DNA of 61,622 nt, the filler included, from Gonapodya sp. JEL0774 (taxonomy: Eukaryota): NCBI GenBank assembly GCA_027604505.1. It is 18 parts of 18 records of this genome, joined end to end, with 100 filler letters (N's around TTAATTAATTAA, not from the genome) between each part and the next. Parts side by side here need not be neighbours in the genome. Positions count along the whole stretch, not along the records: positions 1 to 3,344 come from JADIIX010001336.1; positions 3,445 to 6,787 come from JADIIX010001337.1; positions 6,888 to 10,227 come from JADIIX010001338.1; positions 10,328 to 13,665 come from JADIIX010001339.1; 14 more parts are not named here. One strand, given 5' to 3'. The position numbers and the translations under genes were made by a program. The notes beneath the pieces were generated by a model. The model was not told the DNA's origin. It was given only the letters and a program-made list of their open reading frames with translations, and did no database searches. Positions 1-11,538 of this stretch are shown piece by piece. Numbering within the stretch: the stretch's first letter is position 1; every line of letters starts with the position of its first letter.

Positions 1-849
1 CTTATGAATGGAACATCGAGCTGATGATTCTGTTGTTGTCCATTCTTTTAATCCTCAGTTCAACAACGCTACCTACAAGCTTGCGTACACTCGCGATGCT
101 GGTCTTACACCTGTCAACTCGAACGCCAAGTACACCTCTGCCACCGACTTCCAGGTACTGTCGTAGTTATCGGAGATTTCTCCTCCTGCGTGAAGACTAA
201 ATCTTGTGACTCCCACTTCTCCGCAAAAGGCTGCTCTCGCCAACGTTGACTACCTCATTGATGAGACGTTCCTTGGTACCACCACTTTCGACGCTTTCCT
301 CAAGACCTACGGCTTGACAGCTGACTCTTCGCTGAAGGTGGTCAAGGTGAGCGTCCACTTGCCTGCCTCTGTGTTTTTCAATGATCGACTGATTCTCATA
401 TTCGACCGTCACCTCAGAACAAGCAAGTGTACCGCACTGATCTCCTTCAAAACTCTGGTGCATGGACCGCATGGTTCGAGCAGGCCGTGCCCCTCGCCCA
501 GGAAGTTCTTTCGGACATTGTCAACATCGCCTACGGATCCACCGTCTTCCCCAAGAACGCCTACTCCAACGTGTTCCTCCGTAACATCGCCGCCAACGTG
601 ACCGCTTTCTCCACAAGTGCCCTTTGCACCGACCCCGTTGCCGCTCTTTCAGTCGGAACCCCCACCACCTGTCCGTCTGTTGCGGCTTCCACTGTGGTCG
701 CAACCGCCAACGGCACTACAGCCGGCTCCCCCAGCACCGCGTCTGCGTCTGCAACCCCGACTGGCAAGGCCGGTGCTGCTTCGGACAGAGTTGTTGCCGG
801 GTCCGTCACTGTTGCGGCTGTCGTTGCTGCCGTTTTTGCGATGTTGTAA
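1..849 (+). CDS. 3' part of a periplasmic-binding-protein-like (BtuF/CBA1-like) cell-surface protein with Ser/Thr/Ala stalk and probable GPI signal; multi-exon, 5'-partial
   Basis: Spliced reading ...YTRDAG...ALANVDYLIDETF...NKQVYRTD...AWFEQAVPLAQEVLSDIVNI...FLRNIA resembles the C-terminal lobe of Fe/cobalamin-binding ABC substrate-binding proteins. It ends in a S/T/A-rich linker and a hydrophobic tail VTVAAVVAAVFAML*. GT-AG introns at 155-229 and about 347-417. Confidence 0.65.
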
Positions 850-1417
850 ATCCAGTTGACGTAATGGGAGAGAGGTAGTGGAAGTCGCAGGAAAATGGCG
901 GCTGACGATTCAGGAGACAGTTTGGTATACATGGTGGCATGGTACCACAGAGTTCTAGTTCTAATTGGTATAATGTGATATCCTCTAATGTGGCAGCCAC
1001 GTAGTCAGGACTTAATAGCCACGTATTGGATTGAGAATATAGTATATAATACGCGAAGATTCCTAATTGTTTTAGGCGACAGCTCAGTGCACGTGCTCTC
1101 TGATCCGTCACATTGATAGGCGTTACTGCGAAATTCTCCCCTCGACAGCTGAAGCGGCGACGGTGCAACAGTATGAACCCTGGGATCAACAATCAAATCA
1201 GGAAGAGCAGATGTCACTTTCGGTGGTAGTGCGACGTAAGTATTCTGTATTTTCACGTTTTCTACGTTGAGATCCAAAGGTACTTCTTTTCTGTTTTCAC
1301 TTGTATGAATAAGTCAATAATTATGCAAGTTAGAGTGGTCCGATGGTATGTACAAATCGACCTGCAATGCACGGACAGGCGAGCAAGGGCGGTATAGGTA
1401 TCACAAAAGTTGTCAGT

Positions 1418-3344
1418 TCATGCTCCTCGAACATCAGTGGTAATGTAAGTCTTGCAAACGGTCCCGTTGCAGCCACCACTACGGATTGGAAGGAGAAGAT
1501 TTCAAGACGACGATTCGAAAATCAGAAGCGAGGCGGACCAGGGGACTAAACCGTGAATTACTCACATCTGGTCATCCCAGTATGTCGGGAGACCACCGTA
1601 AGTATTATCAGTGACAAACCACCAATCAAGTCCGTACCTCCGCAAGATCTAAAAAACGGGTGATGGGTATAGGTGGGTATTGTTTAACATGGGCGCGCAG
1701 AATGTGACACCAACCTCGGACGCATTTTTCCCATTTGGTGCGGATACAGTTATGTTTCCGTCGATTGCAGTGGTATGTACGAAACCCATCATTTGCGTCC
1801 CTGGAGGCGCGCGAAAATATAGATGTGTGAGATTTTCGCATGGAAGAATGATGACGACTGTAAGGATTAACTCACGATTTTCCACCGTAGGGGCGAGTCC
1901 ATTGGGGCCAAGGAATCGGTCGTAGTACGAGGAGTTCACTGTCAAACTGGATGATTTCGACAGGATGAGGATTTCACGTTCCCAATATGAATCACTGCGC
2001 AGTGACTCACCCAATGTAAGCACTACCAAAAATAATTGAGCAGAAAGATGCGGTTGAGAACACAGATGAACGCCATGGAACAATGATCCGACTCACTTCT
2101 CGACTACGCCCACGAGGTCATAGCCGTTGGTATTGTTCTCGTTCCAGAACCAACGCTCAATATCATCCGCTAAGAATCCAGGGTTCACTGGCAAATGGCA
2201 CGGGGAGGAGCTGTGAGCACGCTTTCCCCAGCCCCGCTTGACAGGAGGAACAGTCACCTGCAAGGAAGCTACCCATTCTCGAAGGCATGATTGGACGAAC
2301 TTTGGAAAAGAAGCGATCATAATCTGGTCCAAAGCCGCCGAAAGCCCATGCCTACGGCAGGAACGCAAATCAGGATTTAGTACCCACAGAGTGAGCGTGA
2401 ACAGCATCAAAGTCTGCTCGAACCTGATCAATGTAAATGCCATCGAGAGCGCCGTAGCCACTGCAGTTGTACTCAGCCCACTGATTCATCATCGCCTCCA
2501 CCGAATGGTAAGGAGTGGGATCATTGATGAAATCACACGTCCAGGTCCCGTTCCCCGTCAGTAGCACATAGTCGAACGCCCAGCATGCTGGCGTGTATCT
2601 GTAGCGTGGGTTAAATGAGGGGTGGGAAGATGTTGGGTGCATCCAGGGTGAATGAAAGTCATTCAGACTTTGGGATTACACAATCGACAAGTGATAGCCG
2701 AAGACACGCACCCGAGAACCTTCACGCGGTTCTTATAGGGTGCCAGTCCGGTGAGAAGCTAACAATACAGGGGATTAGGCGCTTTCAAGGCATATATGAC
2801 TGGGAAGTACCATTTTCCAACCAAAAACTCACCTCATAGAAGCCAACGTCCTTCGTGAGAGCTTCATAGCACTTCGTTCCAATAGGACCAGGCCCGCTTG
2901 CAAAGTTCAGCCTAGAGGTTTGAGATTCCGGTTAGACAATCGTATCTCTGCCTCGCACGGGAGACCCAATCGCCCCTACTGCAGCGAGTGTGACTTTCAC
3001 CACCTCCATCGATTGTCGGAGAGCTTTTACCTCCCCCCTCAGGCAAGAATGCCTCTGAACTGCATGCACCAATTAACTCACACAAAGATGAATTTGACAC
3101 TCGAGTTTGAGTATTTCAAAGTCCGGAGAAGAGAGTCCAGATATTCCCCATTTTGCGCTCCGGAATCGTCGGTAACGATGAGATTGCTCGCGAACACGGG
3201 CACGATGAAGCCTTCGCCAGGAAGAATCGGCCAAGCTTGGCTGGGGGCAGAGGGGGGTGCCACGATTGGTGCAGGGGTCCGAGGTGTTATTGAGGTTCCT
3301 GGTGGCGCGCCAGGTATCGTAATTGTCGCTTGACTGCATCGGAG
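1418..3344 (-). CDS. Spherulin-4 / GH135 (Sph3-like) glycoside hydrolase-like protein, multi-exon, 5'-partial
   Basis: Exon peptides in order FIVPVF, VKFIF, NFASGPGP, NRVKVLG, LDGIYIDQ, VNPG, DLVGVVE, TYGGLPTYWD parallel the spherulin-4 motifs (VPLY, INPxSGPG, VLGYV, GIFFDE, NPG, VVFE, YxxLPxYW). A Pro/Thr-rich linker lies upstream. Confidence 0.65.
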
Positions 3345-3444
3345 NNNNNNNNNNNNNNNNNNNNNNNNNNNNNNNNNNNNNNNNNNNNTTAATTAATTAA
3401 NNNNNNNNNNNNNNNNNNNNNNNNNNNNNNNNNNNNNNNNNNNN
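3345..3444. other. Artificial contig spacer (N44-TTAATTAATTAA-N44), first of 17. Others start at 6788, 10228, 13666, 17100, 20532, 23963, 27393, 30823, 34253, 37679, 41104, 44529, 47950, 51371, 54791 and 58209
   Basis: Identical 100-bp linker with stops in all six frames; flanking contigs do not increase in length from 3344 to 3314 bp. Confidence 0.99.
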
Positions 3445-3899
3445 ACATATCGACTCGCTGCCTGTTGGAAGTGTCCACGTCGTGCCGTTCGACGATGGAT
3501 CGCCCAGACGTGAGACTCCCTTCCCGCTATTTTTTTATGCATTCACTATTCGCTGATTGTCCCCCCTCTCTCGTTCATTCTTTTTCTCAGTTGCGTGGCA
3601 ATCGCGACTCGTATATCACTCGTACCTCAAGGCGAGGGAGATGGCAGGCGGGGAACTCATGACTGGCTTCACGAGTAAGTTCGAGCATCCACATGCGGAC
3701 ACGACGTGGAAGATATGCAAGATTCAATGACAAAGGGACTGGTCTACCTGCGAGATGAATGATACGAATGGGGGCGCACTCTACTTTTATCCGTTAACCA
3801 CCCACACCACGGCCCCCATCCCCCAGGAATCCTCCACAACCACTTCTTCGTCCCGCGCGACTTGGTCCACTGCATTGTACCCACGTTCATAGCCAAATC

Positions 3900-5612
3900 A
3901 CATTGCGGCGATGATTGGTAGTGAGTACGTAATATGCGTTTAGCAATGCACTCATGCCACCAGCCATCCACCCGGAAAATCGAACATCATCTGCTGCTCG
4001 AGGCATCAGTGCTTTCTCATACCGTGGAAACGACCCACAGGACCCAGTAGTCCTGCGTGGAGCTGGCGACTGTATCATTTACATAATTATCTGACCTGGT
4101 GCCTTACCACCTCCGAATTGCTGATCCAAGTGGGTGCCAATACCATCCCCGAGATCGACCTCATGGTCTCATCCAATGGCTCAGGGCTATTCGTGGTGAG
4201 CAGTTGTTTCCGTCGTGACATTTGATCGAGCCCTTTCGTGCGAAGGCACCATCTGTTCAATTCCAGAAAAGCCCGAGCGACTACAGGGCCGTTCCATCCT
4301 CCTCCTCGACGCCGATATGGTCCTCTACTCTCCGTTCACCCTCTCTCCTGACATTACATCTTCGCCCTCGTCGTCGTTTGGTTATGCCGCCGAGTTCTCC
4401 TACATGGTTCCCACTCAAGGTTGGATCCGCCCCAATCTCGAGTCGCACTTACAGTACCTGGGCCTGAATTTGACAGAGATAGAAACCGAGCTGAACGTGT
4501 TCGGCAAACAGTGGCCCAGGTGTGGAGGTGCGCCGACGGTGTTTGGGTTTCACGAGTGGGAGAAGATCGCAACATTGTGGGACTGGCATATAGAGGGAAT
4601 GAGGAAAGTGGAAGCGAGCAAGCACTGGACGGTGAGGGTGGCAACTTTTATTCGGGGTTATGTTCCCTCTGTTGACTGCCTTACACAATGTCGATTGAAT
4701 ACCAGAACGAAATGTGGGGCTTTACTCTCGCTGTAGCGCATCTCAAGTACCCCGTTCGTGTCGCCTCAGTCGACCATTTAATGGTCGCACCGCCGCACGT
4801 GTGGGAGAGAACGGAGTTACTTCGGAGCTCTCAGGGAGGCGGGGCCGGTCACCCTATCCGGAATAGCCGACCAAGTGGTGCCTCTGATTTGCGATACCAG
4901 ACCTCGGACGATGGAACCCTGGATCCTGCCGCGGATGAAGAGTGGATTCCTCGTCCCGTCCCTGCGGTATATCATTTCTCGTACCCAACGAGTCTATATC
5001 GCGTGGAAGATGTGGAAGCTGCCAACATCAACCGTACAAAAAATGCGGAGAATGCGAATCGTGACTTTGTTGAACCAGAGAGGGATAAGATTGTGTGGGA
5101 ATGGCGAAAGGTGCGATGACCAGTTCCGGACTTCCCACGGCCCACGATTGCGAAACATCTACAAAAACGCCGTCCACCTCTCTTCCTAGCACTACCCGCA
5201 TGAGTCGTACCTTTACATCCTCCCCACCCTCGTTCCCGCCCACCCTCCGCCTTATTCTGCCATGCAATTCGACCTCGCCACCAACGTGTCCACGACCTTT
5301 GTCGACGTACGACCACCGTACAAGAACACGATATCTATTGGAGATTGGTTCTATCTGAGGTGGTACGCGGAGTTCTTGCAAGAAGCTGGTGAGAGTGACG
5401 ATGGAGGGGATCTGCGGATGCGGTACGGACGGGAGCTGGGGCTGGCTACTGGAAAAGATGCGCCTGGAGTAGCAAGCGACGGCGGCACTGAGGAATCATT
5501 TGTTTGTTTGGAGTGGGATAGACCAAGCGATGACCGCGGTGATGCTGAGGTCTCCGCGGTGAGTGGAGTTGGGAGTGGAAGCGGCACATCGGGGAGTCGA
5601 GATGAACTCTGA
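3900..5612 (+). CDS. Peptidyl-serine alpha-galactosyltransferase / hydroxyproline O-arabinosyltransferase-like glycosyltransferase (GT96/GT95-like), multi-exon; start uncertain
   Basis: Exon peptides YHPRDRPHGLIQWL, ILLLDADMVL (DxD), GGAPTVF..EWEKIATLW, YQNEMWGFTLAVAHL, VYHFSY and WEWRK match the motif order of plant SERGT1/HPAT (NKP/NRP..VQWL, ILDADMI, IAPLW, EMYGYSF). Confidence 0.65.
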
Positions 5613-6116
5613 AGATGACCCATCAACGTGATTGGCACCACAAAAGTGTTAGTCTACGAATGTCTTTCGAGTTTGGATTATGTAACACGAATATGCACAT
5701 CAGAGACTGCTATAGAGAACCAATTCCAAACAGCATGATAAATTGAATTTGGGATATCGAAACCTGAACCCCCGCATGAGCATTGAGAGCTGAAAACTGG
5801 TTGCATTTTCTCCACAGCAAAATATCAGGCTTACATAACTGCATCGCATTCATATCCAGTGCCCTTACACAGTGCTCGCCGTGCAATCCAAGAACGACTT
5901 GAGACAGTGACGATAAAAAGTTCATATTGAGGTTCGGGGGTGTTTCAGATTCTGGCTGCGGACATTACTTGGTTTACGAGAGGGACGTACACCAATCCAA
6001 CCAGCGGAGCATCAGTCGATCTCTTATGGTACGCAATAGTTCATACCGCGTTTGCCGCTAGGAGCCAGCTCCTTCACTCTTTTCTTCGCTTTCAGACCGT
6101 CTTGCCACCTCGGCCA

Positions 6117-6787
6117 ATGAAAGAGCAGAACAGAGATGACGAATCCCCGATCTCCCGAGCACTGTCAACTCCGGAACTTGTTCGTCGAATTATTTCCAAT
6201 CTGAACGAGGATGTGGACATGGCAGCGTGCGTCGGGGTTTGGTGAGTGACCACCCTGGTTCTGAAAATTGGAGGAAGCTCACCCGATTCGTCTCAATCTG
6301 GAAACCGGTAATGAAGCAAAGGCTGGTCGCCGATTGCGTTTGAAAGCCTATGGATGTCATGGACTTTCGAGGACAACAGTCTGAAGAGCCGAAAGCGATT
6401 GGAGACCTATCACTCTGGTCTCAGCGCATATTCGAAAAGTCTCATCCGGACACGGAAATTCCGAATCGTCAGCGTTCCTTTCAATAGTGATCATGACTCG
6501 GAACTCACTCTTGTCAGGCTACTCAGTGCAGCATCGGACCTCTCAATCCATGTTACCTGCTGGGAACTTCCAAACGTTGAGATGCAGGTTGGGATGAATG
6601 AGAAAGTATCCAAAGAGATTGGTGATTTACTTCTGAAAAGTGCCGGACAGTTGAAAGAAGTCTATCTGGGATACCTATGTGGAAGCGACTACGGATGGTT
6701 CGAGGCACTTCTTGCCCAGTGTACAGCACTCCAAGTACTCGCCTTTGATGGACTGAACAAAGACTTTGGTATCGTCTTTCCACACCA
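6117..6787 (+). CDS. F-box-like / LRR-like protein, 3'-partial
   Basis: N-terminal ALSTPELVRRIISNL...CVGVW resembles an F-box. The downstream exon has LRR-like segments (LKEVYL, CTALQVLAF). Confidence 0.4.
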
Positions 6788-6970
6788 NNNNNNNNNNNNN
6801 NNNNNNNNNNNNNNNNNNNNNNNNNNNNNNNTTAATTAATTAANNNNNNNNNNNNNNNNNNNNNNNNNNNNNNNNNNNNNNNNNNNNGCCCCTAAGCAGC
6901 CCCATAAAACCAGAGCAACTTGTAGCTCTCATCACCCATTTCAATACACTTCAAACAAATTTTCTCAACA

Positions 6971-9900
6971 ATGGCTGAACCTTTCCAAGTTGAACACGAC
7001 ATCCCCATGGATATATATCACCCAGGTATGTTCACCAACTAAGCAACCACTGGTCACCCATTTCTAACACTTTTCCCACTTCTTTTTCTTCCATTACACC
7101 TTCCATCATCTCTTAAACTCTGTTCTACCCTTGCTGTTGTGCTCTAGGTGAGTGCTCATGTGTATTTTGGTTGCACATATTCCTGTGACCTAACAGACAC
7201 TAATAACGTTTCATTTTGTCCAATACCCATCACCTATCTCCCTCCCCCAACCAAATATTATCTCCTTTCTGGCCTCCCTTTATGCAACTTGTAATTCTGC
7301 TCTAAGGTATGTTGATGATAGGTACTTTCTTGCAAACACAATACTTTAGCTAACCCATAACATGTATTTTGCAGGTGCTCAACTCAGAGTACCCAGGGTT
7401 CTTCCACTTGTCTACAGGGGTGAAGATGAACCAGAGCCCAAGTCCATCCATGTTGTGCCCATTGACCCTTATGAGGACCACCCTCTCACTGACATCCAAG
7501 ATGTTGATCGCCGGTTCTTCACCTTGAGGCTCACTGACAGAAACTGGGAGAATTGGGCATTTGACACGATCTCCAAGGGATCCAGTGTAAGTACTGACAT
7601 GGATTTTGATTTCATTTCCTGATGCTTGAATCTAATCTTCTGAATGCTTTAACTTTTGCTTAGGTGACACTCTGCAACTGGTGGTCAGATGGCCGAGACC
7701 TCGAAAAGTACACTGGCTGGGTCCAGCTCACCATGCATAACATCCGGCTCAATGTTCCTCCTGTCAACAAGAACGGTATCCCCGTCAAGAAGCTCCTTCA
7801 GTCCATTCTTTACTCGAGGTTCAGGATTCTGGTCGCTTTGAACAACCATCCATTCGCTTTCATCCAAGGTCGCCAAGTTATCTACCTCTCAGATCTTGTG
7901 AATGCCATTGCGGCATGTGGTATTGAGCAGGTAATGTACTGATATTGAGTTCTTTTGTGTGATACTTTAAGCCTGATCTCAGAACATTTAATGAATCTTA
8001 AAGGTGAGGATCCAGGAGTGGGGCTCCAAGCAATCTGCAGACAACTCTTGGCTGCCAGAGTTCCGGGATGAGAGATACTGGGTGGATGGCATTCTGGATC
8101 TCGGAGTGCTGGTTGAAGGATCAACTCCTAGTGAGTAGAGCTTTTTGTCCCCTCCTTGAAAATCTCAAGTTCATCACTAACCACAAACATTCCTTTGCAA
8201 AAGCCATGCTCACTCTATTCAAGCCTGGTCCTGCCCTTCATCCTGCCTTTCGTCGCTACTGGTCTCCTCTTCACGGTGCTGTTGGCCAAGGATACGGGGG
8301 GGGAGAGTTTGATTTCCGCCTCAATGGCAAGAAGGTCACATGTGATGCTTACAATGGGGACCAGATGCACGCTATCAAGTCATTCAGTTGGGGTGGGAGT
8401 CACAATCCCTTTAATCAAGGCAAAACACGTCTTGGTGAGTGTTCAAAACATGCTGTATTTTTATTACTCAACTGCTGATTGGCATGTCTTCATTATCCTG
8501 TCCTAACACCACAAGCCAAACACAATGCTGTCACTGCACATCTTGCACTGCTAGAGAAGATGGACGACCAGTACCAGGACCACATGCTAGGTACATCAAG
8601 ACTTGAGTTCACATTCAAAAAATCTGATGGGTGGCGGTGAGTCTCATGCTCTCAGTTGTACCCTCCAGACCACTTTCAATACTTTCACTGTAATATTTCT
8701 TTCTTGTCTTACCCCAGGAGCCCAAGGGACTGCCTTGAGGCTTTGGCAGGTCTCGATATACGACGTGATCTCTTCGGCAACAACTTCATTTCTACCATCG
8801 AAGTATCGGTTGAGTCCATTCGTCATCAGACACAACAACTTGTCCTTGCTGCTTACACCACCTGGAAGATGGGTACTACCGGTCCACTTCGACCACATCC
8901 AGGAGAGCTCCCCAGTGACCTTGAGAGAACAATTGTAGCTGACATCTGCAACTCTGTTGGACACAACGGAGGTCGGGGCTTTGTCTACAAGAAGAGTGAT
9001 CTTGGGCATACTGTCACTAGGAGAGCAGACGGTGTGTACTGGTATGAGGAAGGGGCCCAGCAGTTAGCAGCACAACTGCAGAGGGATAGGGTTGAGCTGA
9101 TACGTGGGTATGCCATTGGGGAGGATCTACGGCACTGTGTTCTTCATCAAGGGTATGTTGAATCAAACCAACATTGCCAATGTTTACCTCCACTTGACAC
9201 CTGCTTTCCCCAACAGGCAAGTTCCGGCAGCAATCTCCTTGCGTCAGGCACTTGATGAAGCTGTCAGCACCAAGTATGCCCACCTTTATGTCACCAACAT
9301 TGATCTCTTTGATGTGGTTCTATTCTTCAAGTTGTACAGGGTAAGTCTTAGTCTGTTATACTTGTGCTCTGTGACTCAGTCTGACATCAAAAACTCCACC
9401 CATTCAGAACTTTCTCCCTTGTTACATCTGTGACTCTCGCAACTACAGGGATGCTGGTAAACCAAAGGGCCTCAATTTAGATGTTCAATCTGGAATGCCG
9501 GTGCTCCGCTGTGCACCTCCAAATGTCTGCAACAATCGCCGTTTTCGTCTGTCTGAACTGGTTCCATACCTTGCATATGTCCGCAGAACTGTCGAGGAAC
9601 TTGGTGGATCTTTTGAGCATCCAGTTGATGTGGAACCTCAGGACTGGACATCTCCACTGGGTTTCCCTGCTCATGGTTACTACTTGGTAGGTGTTTCTCT
9701 TTGACTTGGTGTGATGTTACATATCTTTCTGACCTCACTGTTACCGTGTGTAGCCTACCAGCAAGATTGGTCGTGAGCGGGCACTGTACCTTGCCAATCT
9801 TCAACCTGCCACTTGCCGAATTCGTCTTCTGCCCAAGGGGACAACATGTCTCACACTTGGGTTACTGCCTCCACAACTCCGTGTTGAACCTCTACCTGAC

Positions 9901-10176
9901 AACCGCCCAGGCCCTGATCCATCTCTGCCAGCTCAGTGGACTCCACGAGCTGAAGACCGTAGGCTCCCACCCCACAAGCAGGTTCTTGTTGCTACCACTT
10001 TCGAAGAACTTGGACCTCAGGGAATCCAGCAACATCTCGAAACACTTGCTGTTACTAAGCGATGGTGGAAGTCACTACATCAGCAATCAGTTCCAGTCCG
10101 GCCTCAGCCTCCTTCTCAACCTCGGAACCAGGCTGGTGCAGTTCAGCATCTACAGGAAGTTATTTATGTTCCTTAG
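6971..10176 (+). CDS. Uncharacterised multi-exon subtelomeric protein with a Cys cluster (CYICDS...RCAPPNVCNN); ends at the telomere
   Basis: ATG at 6971 and roughly ten GT-AG-bounded exons. The last introns splice in phase 0. The final exon 9754-10176 is open for 140 codons and ends ...EVIYVP-TAG. Confidence 0.6.
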
Positions 10177-10227
10177 GGTTAGGGTTAGGGTTAGGGTTAG
10201 GGTTAGGGTTAGGGTTAGGGTTAGGGT
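10173..10227 (+). repeat. Telomeric repeat (TTAGGG)9+T at contig end
   Basis: Nine perfect TTAGGG copies running into the contig end, G-rich strand 5'->3' toward the end. Confidence 0.95.
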
Positions 10228-10327
10228 NNNNNNNNNNNNNNNNNNNNNNNNNNNNNNNNNNNNNNNNNNNNTTAATTAATTAANNNNNNNNNNNNNNNNN
10301 NNNNNNNNNNNNNNNNNNNNNNNNNNN

Positions 10328-10698
10328 GCTGCTTTCACCGCTTCCTGGACCTACGAGTCGTATCAGTGTCATTAAATTAACCATTTGCTGAGATCTGAAC
10401 GGCTCTAAACCCCGCCGGCGCGCACTCACCTCTATTTCGGTCATATTGGGGACATCGGCGAGGTGAATTCCCGTGGCAGGCTCTGCAAAACCGTTGGTAA
10501 TCCATCATAATCACCATTTTTTGGGCCATGAGCCCCCATTCAACAGACATCGTAACAAAGGGAGAACGCACCATGAACTGGAAACGTCTTTCCGCTCTTC
10601 GCGCCGAGCCATTGTCCTCCAATGTAAGCTGACGTCTTGAACAAGCCTTGTTCTTTCAGTAAGAGGCGCGTCGCCGTCGCGGCGATTGAAGCTTGCAT
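10328..10698 (-). CDS. Succinate-semialdehyde dehydrogenase-like aldehyde dehydrogenase, N-terminal exons (3'-partial)
   Basis: MQASIAATATRLLLKEQGLFKTSAYIGGQWLGAKSGKTFPVH, then an exon PATGIHLADVPNMTE; typical SSADH/ALDH5 N-terminus. Confidence 0.7.
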
Positions 10699-11538
10699 CG
10701 TTGTGGTAGAATAAAGATGGACTACAGGACCGTTGGGAACGGACAGTTTTGCACAGGAGAAACGGGTTGATGTTGTGAGCGGCCCGTTGCTCGGCTGGAA
10801 CTTCACCCGCAGTTTGCCTGCACGGTTTCGTGATCCGCAGATGGATGCTCAATGACTGCAACAGCCAGTAAGGGCCAATTTGTCTGAAGTCACAACTACG
10901 CGTGACGTTGTCTTTCTATTCCAGTTACATCTGTTCTTGTTGAAAATGAAAGAAGTGTAACTGCCCAAACACACGTGCTCTCCAGCTAATATAACACAAT
11001 GAAACACCCGGGAAAATGACCCAAGCTCGCAGCATCTGAATAGCAGTAGATACATGTAGCTGTTTGTGACTGAGGATCAAAACAATCTATAGCGTTGCAG
11101 ATGCAAGCAAACCTATCCAGGCGGCATGGCAGTGAAAAGAAGTCGAAGTCTGAAAAGTCAAAACTGCAGCACACAGTATTCCCAGCTGATCTCTCACGCT
11201 AGTACTGACTGGGCTGTCACGGGCTTCGCTGCGCTGATCGGACGGGAAGCGGCACTTTTCCGTGCATATGGCCGTAGTTGCATATTATGCAAATTATTTA
11301 TTATTATATAATAAGCTAAAATTTTTGTTCAGATTTGCGATGATTCGAAAGAGAAAAATGTACACTCCACAGCCGCCTCTGTGCAAGTAGCAACACGTAG
11401 CCGATTGTGGCAGTGGGTATTGGGTGACCTTGATCCGTATGGGAATCATCGGTGGTCAGACGTTTATTTATTAGTGACCATTGTTCGAGTGTATGATCAC
11501 CAATAAAACCGTCCGGACATCATATTTATTGCCCAACC

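Noticed and set aside
1..5612. Apparent glycan gene cluster (GH135-like next to GT96-like)
   Set aside because: The two genes are on different contigs separated by a spacer, so the adjacency is an artefact.
6890..6895. Single CCCTAA at the left end of the telomere-bearing contig, suggesting a two-telomere nanochromosome
   Set aside because: Only one hexamer, preceded by GC rather than another repeat; compatible with chance unless reads extend into (CCCTAA)n.
9701..10279. ORF-track proteins ending in RVRVRV or LGLGLG
   Set aside because: These are translations of the telomere array in frames other than the one supported by splice phase.
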